A stretch of 32,000 nucleotides of DNA from Kineosphaera limosa NBRC 100340 (GTDB lineage: Bacteria; Actinomycetota; Actinomycetes; Actinomycetales; Dermatophilaceae), in the NCBI RefSeq assembly GCF_000298215.1, contig NZ_BAHD01000001.1, positions 1 through 32,000 of the forward strand. The letters run 5' to 3'. Positions 8,218-16,121 of the stretch are shown here, piece by piece. How positions within the stretch are numbered: position 1 is the stretch's first letter; the number at the start of each line of letters is the position of its first letter. Below the pieces are notes generated by a model. The model was not told the DNA's origin. It did not search any database and was given only the letters and a program-made list of their open reading frames with translations. The position numbers were made by a program, and so were the translations under genes.

Positions 8218-8425
8218 GTGCTAGGCGGGGCGGGCAGGATGTTGCCCGGTGGGCCGAGCGGCGGAGGGTGGTGCGTGGGGGCTCCGGCCGCCAAACCTTG
8301 GGTGCTAGGCGGGGCGGGCAGGATGTTGCCCGGTGCGCCGAGCAGCGGCGGTCGTCGCGCGGGCGACGCGACGGATTTCGGCCCGGAGGCGGGGTGCGGC
8401 TAGGATCGTGAGGTTGCCTCGGCGA
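8218..8425. repeat. 42-bp direct repeat at 84-bp periodicity (2 near-perfect copies and 1 degenerate), each with an internal hairpin
   Basis: Positions 8218-8259 and 8302-8343 read GTGCTAGGCGGGGCGGGCAGGATGTTGCCCGGTG(G/C)GCCGAGC, with 41 of 42 bases identical. A decayed third copy starts near 8386 (GAGGCGGGGTGCGGCTAGGATCGTGAGGTTGCCTCGG). Each copy contains the hairpin CGGGCA-ggatgt-TGCCCG. The repeats lie in the 466-bp gap between vapB and rplY. Confidence 0.9.
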
Positions 8426-8627
8426 GGGCCGCGGCGCGACCAGTGAGTCTCCCAGGTCTGCGCTGCGCCGTGATCGACGCGGTGGCGGATCGCCGGCCTG
8501 TTGTGGCCGGGCGGGACTGCCGACCGTGCCGCGTCCCGCGTCGAGGCCGCCGCGGCATCCCGGCGACGGGAGCCCCCAGGGGGCGCCGCGAAGCCCGACA
8601 CAGATCCGCTCACCAAGGAGTTCCCGC

Positions 8628-9293
8628 ATGTCCGACCGCGCCACGCTCGTCACCCAGGAACGCACGGAGTTCGGCAAGGGCGCCGCCCGCCGCATCCGCC
8701 GCGCCGACAAGATCCCCGCCGTGCTCTACGGCCACGGCACCGACCCCGTCCACCTGACCCTGCCGGGCCACGACACGATGATGGCCACCAAGGTCGCCAA
8801 CGCCGTCGTCGAGCTCGACATCGACGGCAAGAAGCAGCTCGCCCTCGTCAAGGACGTGCAGCGCGACCCGATCAAGCCGATCATCGAGCACGTCGACCTC
8901 GTCGTCATCCGCCGTGGCGAGAAGGTGCAGGTCGACATCGCCGTGCACACCACGGGCGAGGCGGCCCCCGAGACCGTCGTCACCGTCGACGCCCAGACCG
9001 TGCTGGTCAGCGCCGACGCAACCAAGATCCCCGAGAGCGTCGAGGTCTCCGTCGAGGGCATCGAGGCCGGCACGCAGATCCTGGCCGCGCAGCTCGACCT
9101 CCCGTCCGGTGTCGAGCTGCTGACCGACCCCGAGACGCTCATCGTCAACATCACCCAGGCCCAGTCGCAGGAGGCCCTGGAGTCCGAGCTCGCCGAAGCC
9201 GAGGCCGAGGTCGGCATCGAGCGCGAGGAGAGCGACGAGGAGGCCGCGCAGGCCCCGGCCGAGGCTGCTGCGGAGTCCAGCGACCAGGAGTGA
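8628..9293 (+). CDS. rplY: 50S ribosomal protein L25 / general stress protein Ctc form
   Basis: ATG at 8628 is preceded by AAGGAG (8615-8620). [37 protein letters not shown] is the conserved L25 N-terminus. The long Ctc-type C-terminal domain ends in an acidic tail. The upstream extensions of the 8526 and 8501 ORFs are not credible. Confidence 0.95.
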   Translation: MSDRATLVTQERTEFGKGAARRIRRADKIPAVLYGHGTDPVHLTLPGHDTMMATKVANAVVELDIDGKKQLALVKDVQRDPIKPIIEHVDLVVIRRGEKVQVDIAVHTTGEAAPETVVTVDAQTVLVSADATKIPESVEVSVEGIEAGTQILAAQLDLPSGVELLTDPETLIVNITQAQSQEALESELAEAEAEVGIEREESDEEAAQAPAEAAAESSDQE

Positions 9294-9390
9294 GGTCGCG
9301 CCGGGTCGTCCCGGCTCCGCGTCACACGAGGGCGCGCACCCCGACCGGGTGCGGGCCCTCGGCGCGTTCGGGCCACCTACGATGGCGGTC

Positions 9391-9981
9391 ATGGACTCCT
9401 GGCTGGTCGTGGGGCTGGGCAACCCCGGCCCGAAGTATGCGGGCAACAGGCACAACGTGGGGGCGATGGTCGTCGCCGAGCTGGCCCGCCGCGGCGGGGT
9501 AACCCTCTCCCGGCACAAGACCCGCGCGAGCGCCGGCAGCGTGCGCTTGGGCACTGCGCCCGGAGGTGCGCCGGGTCCGCCGGCGATCGTCGCGGTGCCC
9601 AGCAGCTATATGAACGAGTCGGGTGGGCCCGTCTCCGGTCTGTTGCAGTACTACTCGTGCCCCACCGACCGGCTTGTCGTCGTGCACGACGAACTCGACA
9701 TCCCGTTCGGGCAGGTGCGGCTCAAGCGCGGCGGCGGTGAGGGGGGACACAACGGCCTGCGCTCCATCTCCAATTCTCTGGGCACTCGCGACTATCTGCG
9801 CGTACGGGTCGGTATCGGCCGCCCCCCGGGTCGGATGGACGCGGCCGACTTTGTTTTGCGCGATTTTTCGCCGACTGATCGCAAGGAGCTTCCGTTCCTT
9901 CTCGACGACGCCGCGGACGCCGTCGAGATGCTGGCCGATAGTGGCCTGACCAGCGCACAGCAGCGTTTTCACGCTCCCTGA
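9391..9981 (+). CDS. pth: Peptidyl-tRNA hydrolase
   Basis: [21 protein letters not shown], a later SYMNESG and GHNGLRS are the Pth signature. The start is placed at ATG 9391 ([13 protein letters not shown]). In-frame alternatives are ATG 9382 and GTG 9349. Confidence 0.92.
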   Translation: MDSWLVVGLGNPGPKYAGNRHNVGAMVVAELARRGGVTLSRHKTRASAGSVRLGTAPGGAPGPPAIVAVPSSYMNESGGPVSGLLQYYSCPTDRLVVVHDELDIPFGQVRLKRGGGEGGHNGLRSISNSLGTRDYLRVRVGIGRPPGRMDAADFVLRDFSPTDRKELPFLLDDAADAVEMLADSGLTSAQQRFHAP

Positions 9982-10000
9982 CATTCGTTCAGAACATTCG

Positions 10001-10031
10001 ATGAAAACAATTCTTGGACAGTCGTTTTCAT
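10001..10031. promoter_or_regulatory. Inverted repeat in the comparatively AT-rich junction at the left edge of the glycan locus
   Basis: ATGAAAAC (10001-10008) pairs with GTTTTCAT (10024-10031) across a 15-nt loop. Nearby short direct repeats are ACATTCG x2 (9981-10000), TTCTTGG x2 (10011-10017, 10033-10039) and GACAGTCG x2 (10017-10024, 10068-10075). The function is unknown. Confidence 0.3.
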
Positions 10032-10219
10032 GTTCTTGGGGTTGGCGGACCCGAGCATTCATATGAGACAGTCGAACGAGTCAGTGCGTTGACGTTCGGC
10101 TTCGTCGGGCTGCTTGGGGGAGCGGTTTGGGGTTGGAGCTCGCTGGCGGCAGACACCTATCTGTCGCTTGTGGCCGCACGTTTGTCCCACCCCTGATTTG
10201 TGTCCCCGGAGGGTCCGCT

Positions 10220-11778
10220 TTGTCCGTCCACGAGCGTCAGCAGCACGATGTCTCGCGCCCCCGTCACCGTGCGCGTCGTCGTCCGTCCGTCGAACGTCTC
10301 GTCGTCGCCCGCGCGACCGACGAGCCCTTTGCCCCCACCCTGGCGGCCACGGCCGCCGACCGCCCGGCCGCCGGTGCCTGGGCCCGCACCTACCTGCGTC
10401 GCGTCGTGGCGCTCGACCTGTTGGTGGGCGTCATGGGCACTGCCCTGGCGACCACGGTGCGCTTCGGCGATCACCCGTCCTCCAGCTATCAGCTGCTGTT
10501 GGCCCTCATTCCGTTGGCCTGGGTGGGTGCGTTGTCGATGGCCGGCGCGTACGCCCGTCGCCACCTGGGCGTCAGCGGCGAGGAGTATCGCGCGGTGGGC
10601 CGAGCCACCGTCGGGCTGCTGGCGGTGCTCGCGGTCGCGGCCTTCCTGGCCAATGTGCAATTGGCCCGCTTGTACGTGTTGTACCTGCTGCCGGCGCTGT
10701 TCGTCGGCGGGCTGCTCGTGCGGCGCTTTCTGCGCGCCTGGCTCATGCGCAAGCGGGTACAGGGGCAGTTGATGCAGCGCACGGTCGTCATCGGCCGGGC
10801 CGACGCGGCGACCGCGCTGCTGCGCAGCATCCAGGCCGAACCGAGCCAGGGGCTGAAGCCGGTGGCGGCCTGCGTCAGCGGCCTCGATGCCCACTGGGAC
10901 GCCCGCAGCACGATCGACGGCGTGCCCGTCATGGGGAGCCCGCGCGACGCCCTGGCCGCAACCGACCTGTACAACGCGGAGGTCGTGGCGGTCGCCTCGC
11001 ATCCGGATCTAGCCGGTAAGTCGCTGCGTCGGCTGGCGTGGGCGCTGGAGGAGCGCGGCGTCGAGCTGATCGTCTCGCCGGGGCTACTCGACGTCGCCGG
11101 GCCGCGCCTGTCCATCCGGCCGTCGACCAATCTGTCGCTGCTGCACATCGAGCGGCCCGCTCACACGACCCGGTCGATGCTGCTCAAGGGTGCGATGGAC
11201 CGCATGCTGGCCGGCCTGCTGCTGCTGGCGCTGTCGCCGCTGCTCATCACTATTGCGTTGGCGGTCAAGTTCGGGCAGCGCGGCGACCGTGGCCCGGTGT
11301 TCTTCCGCCAGCGTCGGGTCGGGGTGCGCGGCGAGCTGTTCGAGATCTACAAGTTCCGCACGATGGTCGTCGACGCCGAGACGCGGTTGGCGGCCTTGGC
11401 CAAGCTGAGCGACGGCAACGGGGTGCTGTTCAAGATGCAGGCCGACCCGCGGATCACCCGCGTGGGACGACTGCTGCGCCGGTACTCCCTGGACGAGCTT
11501 CCCAGCTCATCAACGTGCTCAAGGGCGACATGTCACTCGTCGGACCGCGGCCGCCGCTGCCGGCCGAGGTGCAGCAGTACGAGCCGGATGCGCTGCGTCG
11601 CCTGCACGTGCGGCCGGGCATGACCGGCCTGTGGCAGGTGTCGGGACGATCCGACCTGTCGTGGGAGGAGTCGCTGCGCCTCGACCTGCGCTACGTGGAC
11701 AACTGGTCACCGATCGGTGACCTGCACATCTTGTTTCGGACCTTTCGGGCGGTTACGGGCGGATCGGGCGCCTACTGA
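10220..11778 (+). pseudogene. WbaP/CpsE-type polyprenyl-phosphate hexose-1-phosphate transferase, disrupted by a 1-nt frameshift
   Basis: Two listed ORFs (10127..11623 and 11038..11778) together encode one protein. Reading ...RRYSLDELP in one frame continues as [18 protein letters not shown]...[28 protein letters not shown] in the other. The two frames share base 11503 (CTT CCC | CAG CTC), whereas the intact downstream paralogue has CTG CCG CAG ATG. The likely start is TTG 10220, with GGAGGG 6 nt upstream. Confidence 0.8.
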
Positions 11779-11955
11779 GGGCCATGACCTCGGTCACATA
11801 TGGGTCTTCAGCGCCTGGTAGATGCGGGGTTATCCCGGAAAGGGGTACGCACCCCTAGTGCGCATCCTGGACGAAATGTACTGTGCCCGTAGTGAGCTCA
11901 GCGGCTGGGCTGGTGCGTAACCGACTTCGATTCGCAAAGAGTTGAAGGTTGTGGC

Positions 11956-13629
11956 ATGCTTCGCACCCCGCTAAGGTCACAAGCGTCCAGGACGCTAGTC
12001 CAGGACATTGTCATTGGGGGTCCCGGGGGCGGGGTCCTCCTGCCCGCCGGTTCTGAGGCCGGTCCTGCCAGGGAGCTCTACGTGTCCGCTACCGCGCCGC
12101 CGCAAGTCAACCCGGTAACCCGTGCGCCCGGTCGACACCGCGCGGCGCAGCGCTCCCGAGATTCGGGAGTTGTCCCTGTTCCCCTCCTGGATGAGGACAG
12201 GTCGACTGGTCGCTCAGCGGGTGTGCGCACGTGGCACTCGCGGTACCAACTCAAGCTCATCCCGACCGACCTGATCATTGCGCTCGCGGCAGGGCTGGCG
12301 GGCCTGGCGACACAGCTAGATCAAACGCTCCCCGCCTTAGCGTTTTACGCCCTTGGTGTGCCGACTGTCGGACTCGTGTGGCTGTTGGCGCTGTGGATGG
12401 CGGATGCCTACGGTCGGCGGCGCCTTGCGCAGGGCAACTACCAGTTCCGCGCGCTGGCCAGAGCTGCACTGGGGATCCTGGCCACTGTGGCGATTGTCGC
12501 CTATGTCACCAACCTGGGCTTGTCCCGGGTGTACGTGTTCACGGTGATGTCGATCCTCGTCATCGGTTCGCTCGCCGCCCGCCTCGTGCTGCAGCGGTGG
12601 CTGTTGCGCATGCGCTGCCAAGGGCGGCTCATGCAGCGCACGGTCGTCGTGGGGCGCGCGGACTCGGTCAGCGCCCTCATCCATTCGCTGAACTCCGAGC
12701 CCGCGCAGGGTCTGCTTCCTGTCGCTGTGTGCGCCACCGATCTCAGTGGCGCTCCGCTGAGCGTCGGCAAGATCGGCGGCGTGCCGGTGCTCGGGCCGCC
12801 GACCTTGGCCGTCGATGCCGTCGACCTCGCGGACGCGGAGGTCGTCGCTGTCGCCTCCCACCCCGATCTGGCCGGCCCCGCCTTGAGACGACTGACGTGG
12901 GCTCTGGAAGACCGTGGGGTCGAGCTCATCGTCGCGCCGGGTCTGCTCGACGTTGCCGGCCCCCGTCTGTCGATCCGACCCTCGCAAAACCTGTCGTTGC
13001 TTCACGTCGAGCGACCCGCCGCCACCCCCGTGCACGTGATCTCCAAATCCATCATGGATACCTGCGTCGCCGCGATCATCGTCGCCCTGCTCAGCCCGGT
13101 GCTGGTGGCGATCGCCGTGGCGGTCAAACTCGGCGATGGCGGCCCCGTGTTCTTCCGGCAGCAGCGGGTGGGGGTGCGCGGTCGCCCGTTCGCCATGCTG
13201 AAGTTCCGCACGATGGTTGTTGATGCGGAGTCGCGGCTGGCGACCTTGGCGGCCAGCAGCGACGGCAACGCGTTGATGTTCAAGATGAAGGACGATCCGC
13301 GGGTGACGGGCATCGGCAAGTACCTGCGCCGTTACTCCCTCGACGAGCTGCCGCAGATGTTCAACGTGCTGCGCGGCGAGATGTCGCTCGTGGGACCTCG
13401 GCCGCCACTGGCCCGCGAGGTCGATCAATACGAGCCGGACGCCCACCGTCGCTTGCGGGTCAAGCCGGGCATGACGGGTCTGTGGCAGGTCAGCGGCCGT
13501 TCCGACCTGTCGTGGGAGGAGTCGCTGCGCCTCGACCTGCACTACGTGGACAACTGGTCGCCCGCCGGTGACCTGCACATTCTGCTGCGCACGGTGAAGG
13601 CGGTCGTCGCGGGGTCCGGCGCCTACTGA
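11956..13629 (+). CDS. WbaP/CpsE-type polyprenyl-phosphate hexose-1-phosphate transferase (priming phosphoglycosyl transferase), intact copy
   Basis: N-terminal TM helices and a central Rossmann-like region (RTVVVGRADSVSALI...AEVVAVAS) precede the C-terminal bacterial sugar-transferase domain (GPVFFRQQRVGVRGRPFAMLKFRTM...[22 protein letters not shown]...GLWQVSGR). ATG at 11956 is preceded by GAAGG 7 nt upstream. A later GTG start such as 12082 cannot be excluded. Confidence 0.88.
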   Translation: MLRTPLRSQASRTLVQDIVIGGPGGGVLLPAGSEAGPARELYVSATAPPQVNPVTRAPGRHRAAQRSRDSGVVPVPLLDEDRSTGRSAGVRTWHSRYQLKLIPTDLIIALAAGLAGLATQLDQTLPALAFYALGVPTVGLVWLLALWMADAYGRRRLAQGNYQFRALARAALGILATVAIVAYVTNLGLSRVYVFTVMSILVIGSLAARLVLQRWLLRMRCQGRLMQRTVVVGRADSVSALIHSLNSEPAQGLLPVAVCATDLSGAPLSVGKIGGVPVLGPPTLAVDAVDLADAEVVAVASHPDLAGPALRRLTWALEDRGVELIVAPGLLDVAGPRLSIRPSQNLSLLHVERPAATPVHVISKSIMDTCVAAIIVALLSPVLVAIAVAVKLGDGGPVFFRQQRVGVRGRPFAMLKFRTMVVDAESRLATLAASSDGNALMFKMKDDPRVTGIGKYLRRYSLDELPQMFNVLRGEMSLVGPRPPLAREVDQYEPDAHRRLRVKPGMTGLWQVSGRSDLSWEESLRLDLHYVDNWSPAGDLHILLRTVKAVVAGSGAY

Positions 13630-13656
13630 GTTGCGGTCCTGCGCCAGACTGCCGTC

Positions 13657-14976
13657 ATGACGCGAACGTTCCAGGGGTCGATCGCTGCCGCCCAGCGGCT
13701 TGCCCACCTGGTGCCGGGCGGCGCCCACACCTACGCCAAGGGGCCCGACCAATACCCGGCGGACTGCCCGTTGGTCATCGAGCGCGGTCGGGGCGCGCAC
13801 GTCTGGGATGTCGACGGCAACGAGTACGTCGAATACGGGGCGGGCCTGCGGTCGGTCATTCTGGGGCACGCGCATCCGCGGGTCGACGAGGCGGTGAGCG
13901 CCGCGCTGAGGCAGGGTTTGAACTTCGTGCGCCCGAGCCGGCTGGAGCTGGCCGCTGCGGAAGACTTCTTGGCGGCCGTGCCAACGATGGAGATGGTGAA
14001 GTTCGCCAAGAACGGATCGGACGTCACCACCGCGGCGGCCAAGCTCGCCCGGGCGGCCACGGGCCGTGATCTCGTCGCGATCTGCCGCGACCAGCCGTTC
14101 TTCTCCACCGACGACTGGTTCATCGGCACAACGCCCATGGCCGCCGGCGTGCCGGAGTCGACGCGCGAGCTGACGGTCAGCTTTCCCTACGGTGACTTGG
14201 AGTCGCTGCGGGCGATGTTCGCCCGCTACCGCGACCGGGTCGCCGCGATCCTTCTGGAGGTCGAGGCGGGCGCCAGCACTGCGCCTCCGGGCTACTTGCA
14301 GTCGCTCATCGACCTCGCGCACGAGCACGGCACGCTGGTGATCTTCGACGAGATGATCACCGGGCTGCGCTGGGCCCTGGGTGGCGCGCACAGCCTGCAC
14401 GGCGTGGTGCCCGATCTGTGCACTTTCGGTAAAGCCCTGGGCAACGGCTATTCGGTCTCGGCGCTCGCGGGCCGCCGAGAGATCATGGAGCTGGGCGGCC
14501 TCAACACCGACGCCGATCGGGTGTTCCTGCTCTCCACGACGCACGGGGGGGAGAGCACGGGTCTGGCCGCGATGCGCGCCACCCTGCAGGTGCACCGCGA
14601 GGAGGAGGTCGCGGCACGACTGATGGCGATCGGCGGACGCCTGCGCGCGGCCGTCGAGGAGGTCGTAGCGGAGGCGGGTCTGAGCGACTACGTGCAGGTG
14701 CGCGGCCGGGACTGCAACCTCGTCTACGTCACCCTTGACGGGCAGGGCCAGCCCTCGCAGCCCTTCCGCACACTGTTCATGCGACAATTCATCCACCACG
14801 GCGTCGTCGGTCCCAGCTTCGTCGTCAACACCGCCCTCACCGACGCAGACATCGAGGCGACCGCCGCCGCCGTGCGCGCCGCTCTGCCCGTCTACGCTGC
14901 GGCGCTGGAAACCGGCGACCCGACCCCGTATCTGGGTGGGGCCAGCGTCAAGCCGGTGTTCCGCGCGAAAGCCTGA
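13657..14976 (+). CDS. Class III PLP-dependent aminotransferase (glutamate-1-semialdehyde aminomutase-like)
   Basis: LVPGGAHTYAKG...RGRGAHVWDVDGNEYVEYGAGLRSVILGHAHP at the N-terminus, then IFDEMITGLR and the PLP-lysine context TFGKALGNGYSVSA, match the class III / GSA-AM-like family. Confidence 0.85.
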   Translation: MTRTFQGSIAAAQRLAHLVPGGAHTYAKGPDQYPADCPLVIERGRGAHVWDVDGNEYVEYGAGLRSVILGHAHPRVDEAVSAALRQGLNFVRPSRLELAAAEDFLAAVPTMEMVKFAKNGSDVTTAAAKLARAATGRDLVAICRDQPFFSTDDWFIGTTPMAAGVPESTRELTVSFPYGDLESLRAMFARYRDRVAAILLEVEAGASTAPPGYLQSLIDLAHEHGTLVIFDEMITGLRWALGGAHSLHGVVPDLCTFGKALGNGYSVSALAGRREIMELGGLNTDADRVFLLSTTHGGESTGLAAMRATLQVHREEEVAARLMAIGGRLRAAVEEVVAEAGLSDYVQVRGRDCNLVYVTLDGQGQPSQPFRTLFMRQFIHHGVVGPSFVVNTALTDADIEATAAAVRAALPVYAAALETGDPTPYLGGASVKPVFRAKA

Positions 14977-14984
14977 CCAGCCGA

Positions 14985-16121
14985 TCAGTCGACGTCGGTG
15001 AGGGTTGGCAGCGGCACGACGAAGCGGGCGTGCAGGCCGCGGTCGCGCAGGGAGCCAACGACCTCCGGCGCGATATCCCAGGTGAGCACGGCGACCACAT
15101 CAGGCGCGGCGGCCACCAGCTCCTCGGGAGAGACGATCCGGATGTGCGCGCCGGGCAGCCGCCGACCCTGCTTGCCGGGGGAGAGGTCGGCGACGAGCGG
15201 CACGAGGTCGGCGCCGATGCCGGCGACGTTGAGAAAGGTGACTGCCTTGGATCCGGCGCCGTACGCCGCGACGGAGCGGCCGGCCGCCTCCTCCTCCAGG
15301 AGGTCGCGCAGGCCGTCGGTGGCCGCTCGGGCCCGCGCAGCGAGGCTTTCGTAGCCGGTCGGCGTGGTCGCCAGCGCGGCTCGTTCCGCAGCCAGGATTC
15401 GCTCGACGTCGCCGCTGGGGTGTGCTGGTGCGTGTTCGGTGCGGCGGGCGACGACGACGAGGCAGCCGCCGAAGACGTCCTCCTCCCAGGCGTCGACGAC
15501 GGTCAGCCCGTGCCGAGCGCAGGCCGCCGACCAGGAGTGCAGCGAGAAGTACAGCGGGTGCCCGTGGCGGACGGTGTCGAACTGGGCGTCGAGCAGTTGG
15601 CGCAGGGCGTGGTGAAACTCGATGACGAGCAGCCCGTCGTCGCCGAGCGCCGCGACGCGCTGAGCGAGCTCGGGCTCGAGGTCGTCGGCGTGGATGATCG
15701 ACTGGTTGTCGATGACGAGCGCGGCACCGCCCTCGACCGCCACCCCGCCGTGGGCGTCCAGTGCGGCGGTCCACGAGCCGCCGTGGTGGCTGGCGAACTC
15801 TCGGTAGGTCCAACTTTTGGGCAGGTCGAGACGATCGAGCAGGCGGTCGATCACCTCTACGGCGTGCCGTTGTAGGGTCGCCGATTCGACGGCCAGCGGC
15901 TCCTCGGGCGCGGGGGAGTCGTGATCAAGCTGCAGCAGCGCGCACTCGCCGCACAGCAGCAGACCGAGCGGCCACCGCGGATCGGGGCCGGGGTCGTCGG
16001 CCGGCGGAAAGTGGTCGCACGCGGGCTGCGGGCCCAGGTCGAGGACGCTCGCCAGGTCGTCGCTGCCGCAGCCGCGGCACCGGGTCACCGGGGTCGCCGC
16101 TCCAAGGGTTGCGTCGCTCAT
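14985..16121 (-). CDS. C-methyltransferase-family paralogue with a shortened, degenerate SAM-binding core
   Basis: The start is the internal ATG (CAT at 16119-16121), whose A is shared with the PIG-L stop (TGATG). It has an N-terminal zinc ribbon (CRGCGS...CGEC). Its C-terminal domain aligns by eye with the 17660-18937 gene (VAAYGAGSKAVTFLNVAG...RRLPGAHIRIVSPEE versus VVGYGAPGKGNTLLNHCG...KFLPGSRIPVLPPEA). Motif I reads FASHHGG instead of VASNDGY, and the core is visibly shorter. Confidence 0.7.
   Translation of the reverse strand: MSDATLGAATPVTRCRGCGSDDLASVLDLGPQPACDHFPPADDPGPDPRWPLGLLLCGECALLQLDHDSPAPEEPLAVESATLQRHAVEVIDRLLDRLDLPKSWTYREFASHHGGSWTAALDAHGGVAVEGGAALVIDNQSIIHADDLEPELAQRVAALGDDGLLVIEFHHALRQLLDAQFDTVRHGHPLYFSLHSWSAACARHGLTVVDAWEEDVFGGCLVVVARRTEHAPAHPSGDVERILAAERAALATTPTGYESLAARARAATDGLRDLLEEEAAGRSVAAYGAGSKAVTFLNVAGIGADLVPLVADLSPGKQGRRLPGAHIRIVSPEELVAAAPDVVAVLTWDIAPEVVGSLRDRGLHARFVVPLPTLTDVD

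Noticed and set aside
8218-8403. 61-codon Gly-rich ORF with an internal 14-aa repeat (LGGAGRMLPGxPS), kept in frame by the 84-bp period
   Set aside because: It has no credible ribosome-binding site (only GAGAG abutting the GTG) and low-complexity composition. The high GC3 is not discriminating in this genome. It cannot be excluded as a small protein without expression data.
8218-8425. Possible CRISPR array (repeat, spacer, repeat, spacer, degenerate repeat)
   Set aside because: There are only two good repeats. The 42-bp repeat with 42-bp spacers is outside the usual geometry, and the spacers share some similarity with each other. There are no cas genes or leader in the window. It is reported as an unexplained repeat instead.
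11495-11510. Programmed -1 ribosomal frameshift joining the two frames of the first wbaP-like gene
   Set aside because: The site (CTT CCC AGC) is not a canonical X XXY YYZ slippery heptamer, and I saw no obvious downstream stimulatory structure. A 1-nt deletion in a C-run, or a sequencing error, is the simpler explanation.
12337-14799. 820-aa minus-strand ORF, with similar long ORFs at 19053..21290 (+), 29601..31772 (-), 16506..17753 (+), 17708..18925 (+), 5226..6158 (+) and 970..1935 (-)
   Set aside because: These are shadow ORFs antisense to, or out of frame with, genes that have clear family signatures (wbaP and aminotransferase, rmlCD/rmlB, mfd, methyltransferase/RfbF-like, MocR, glmU). 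Their translations are R/G/D/H/P/A-rich with no recognisable motifs. This is expected in high-GC DNA, where stop codons are rare.
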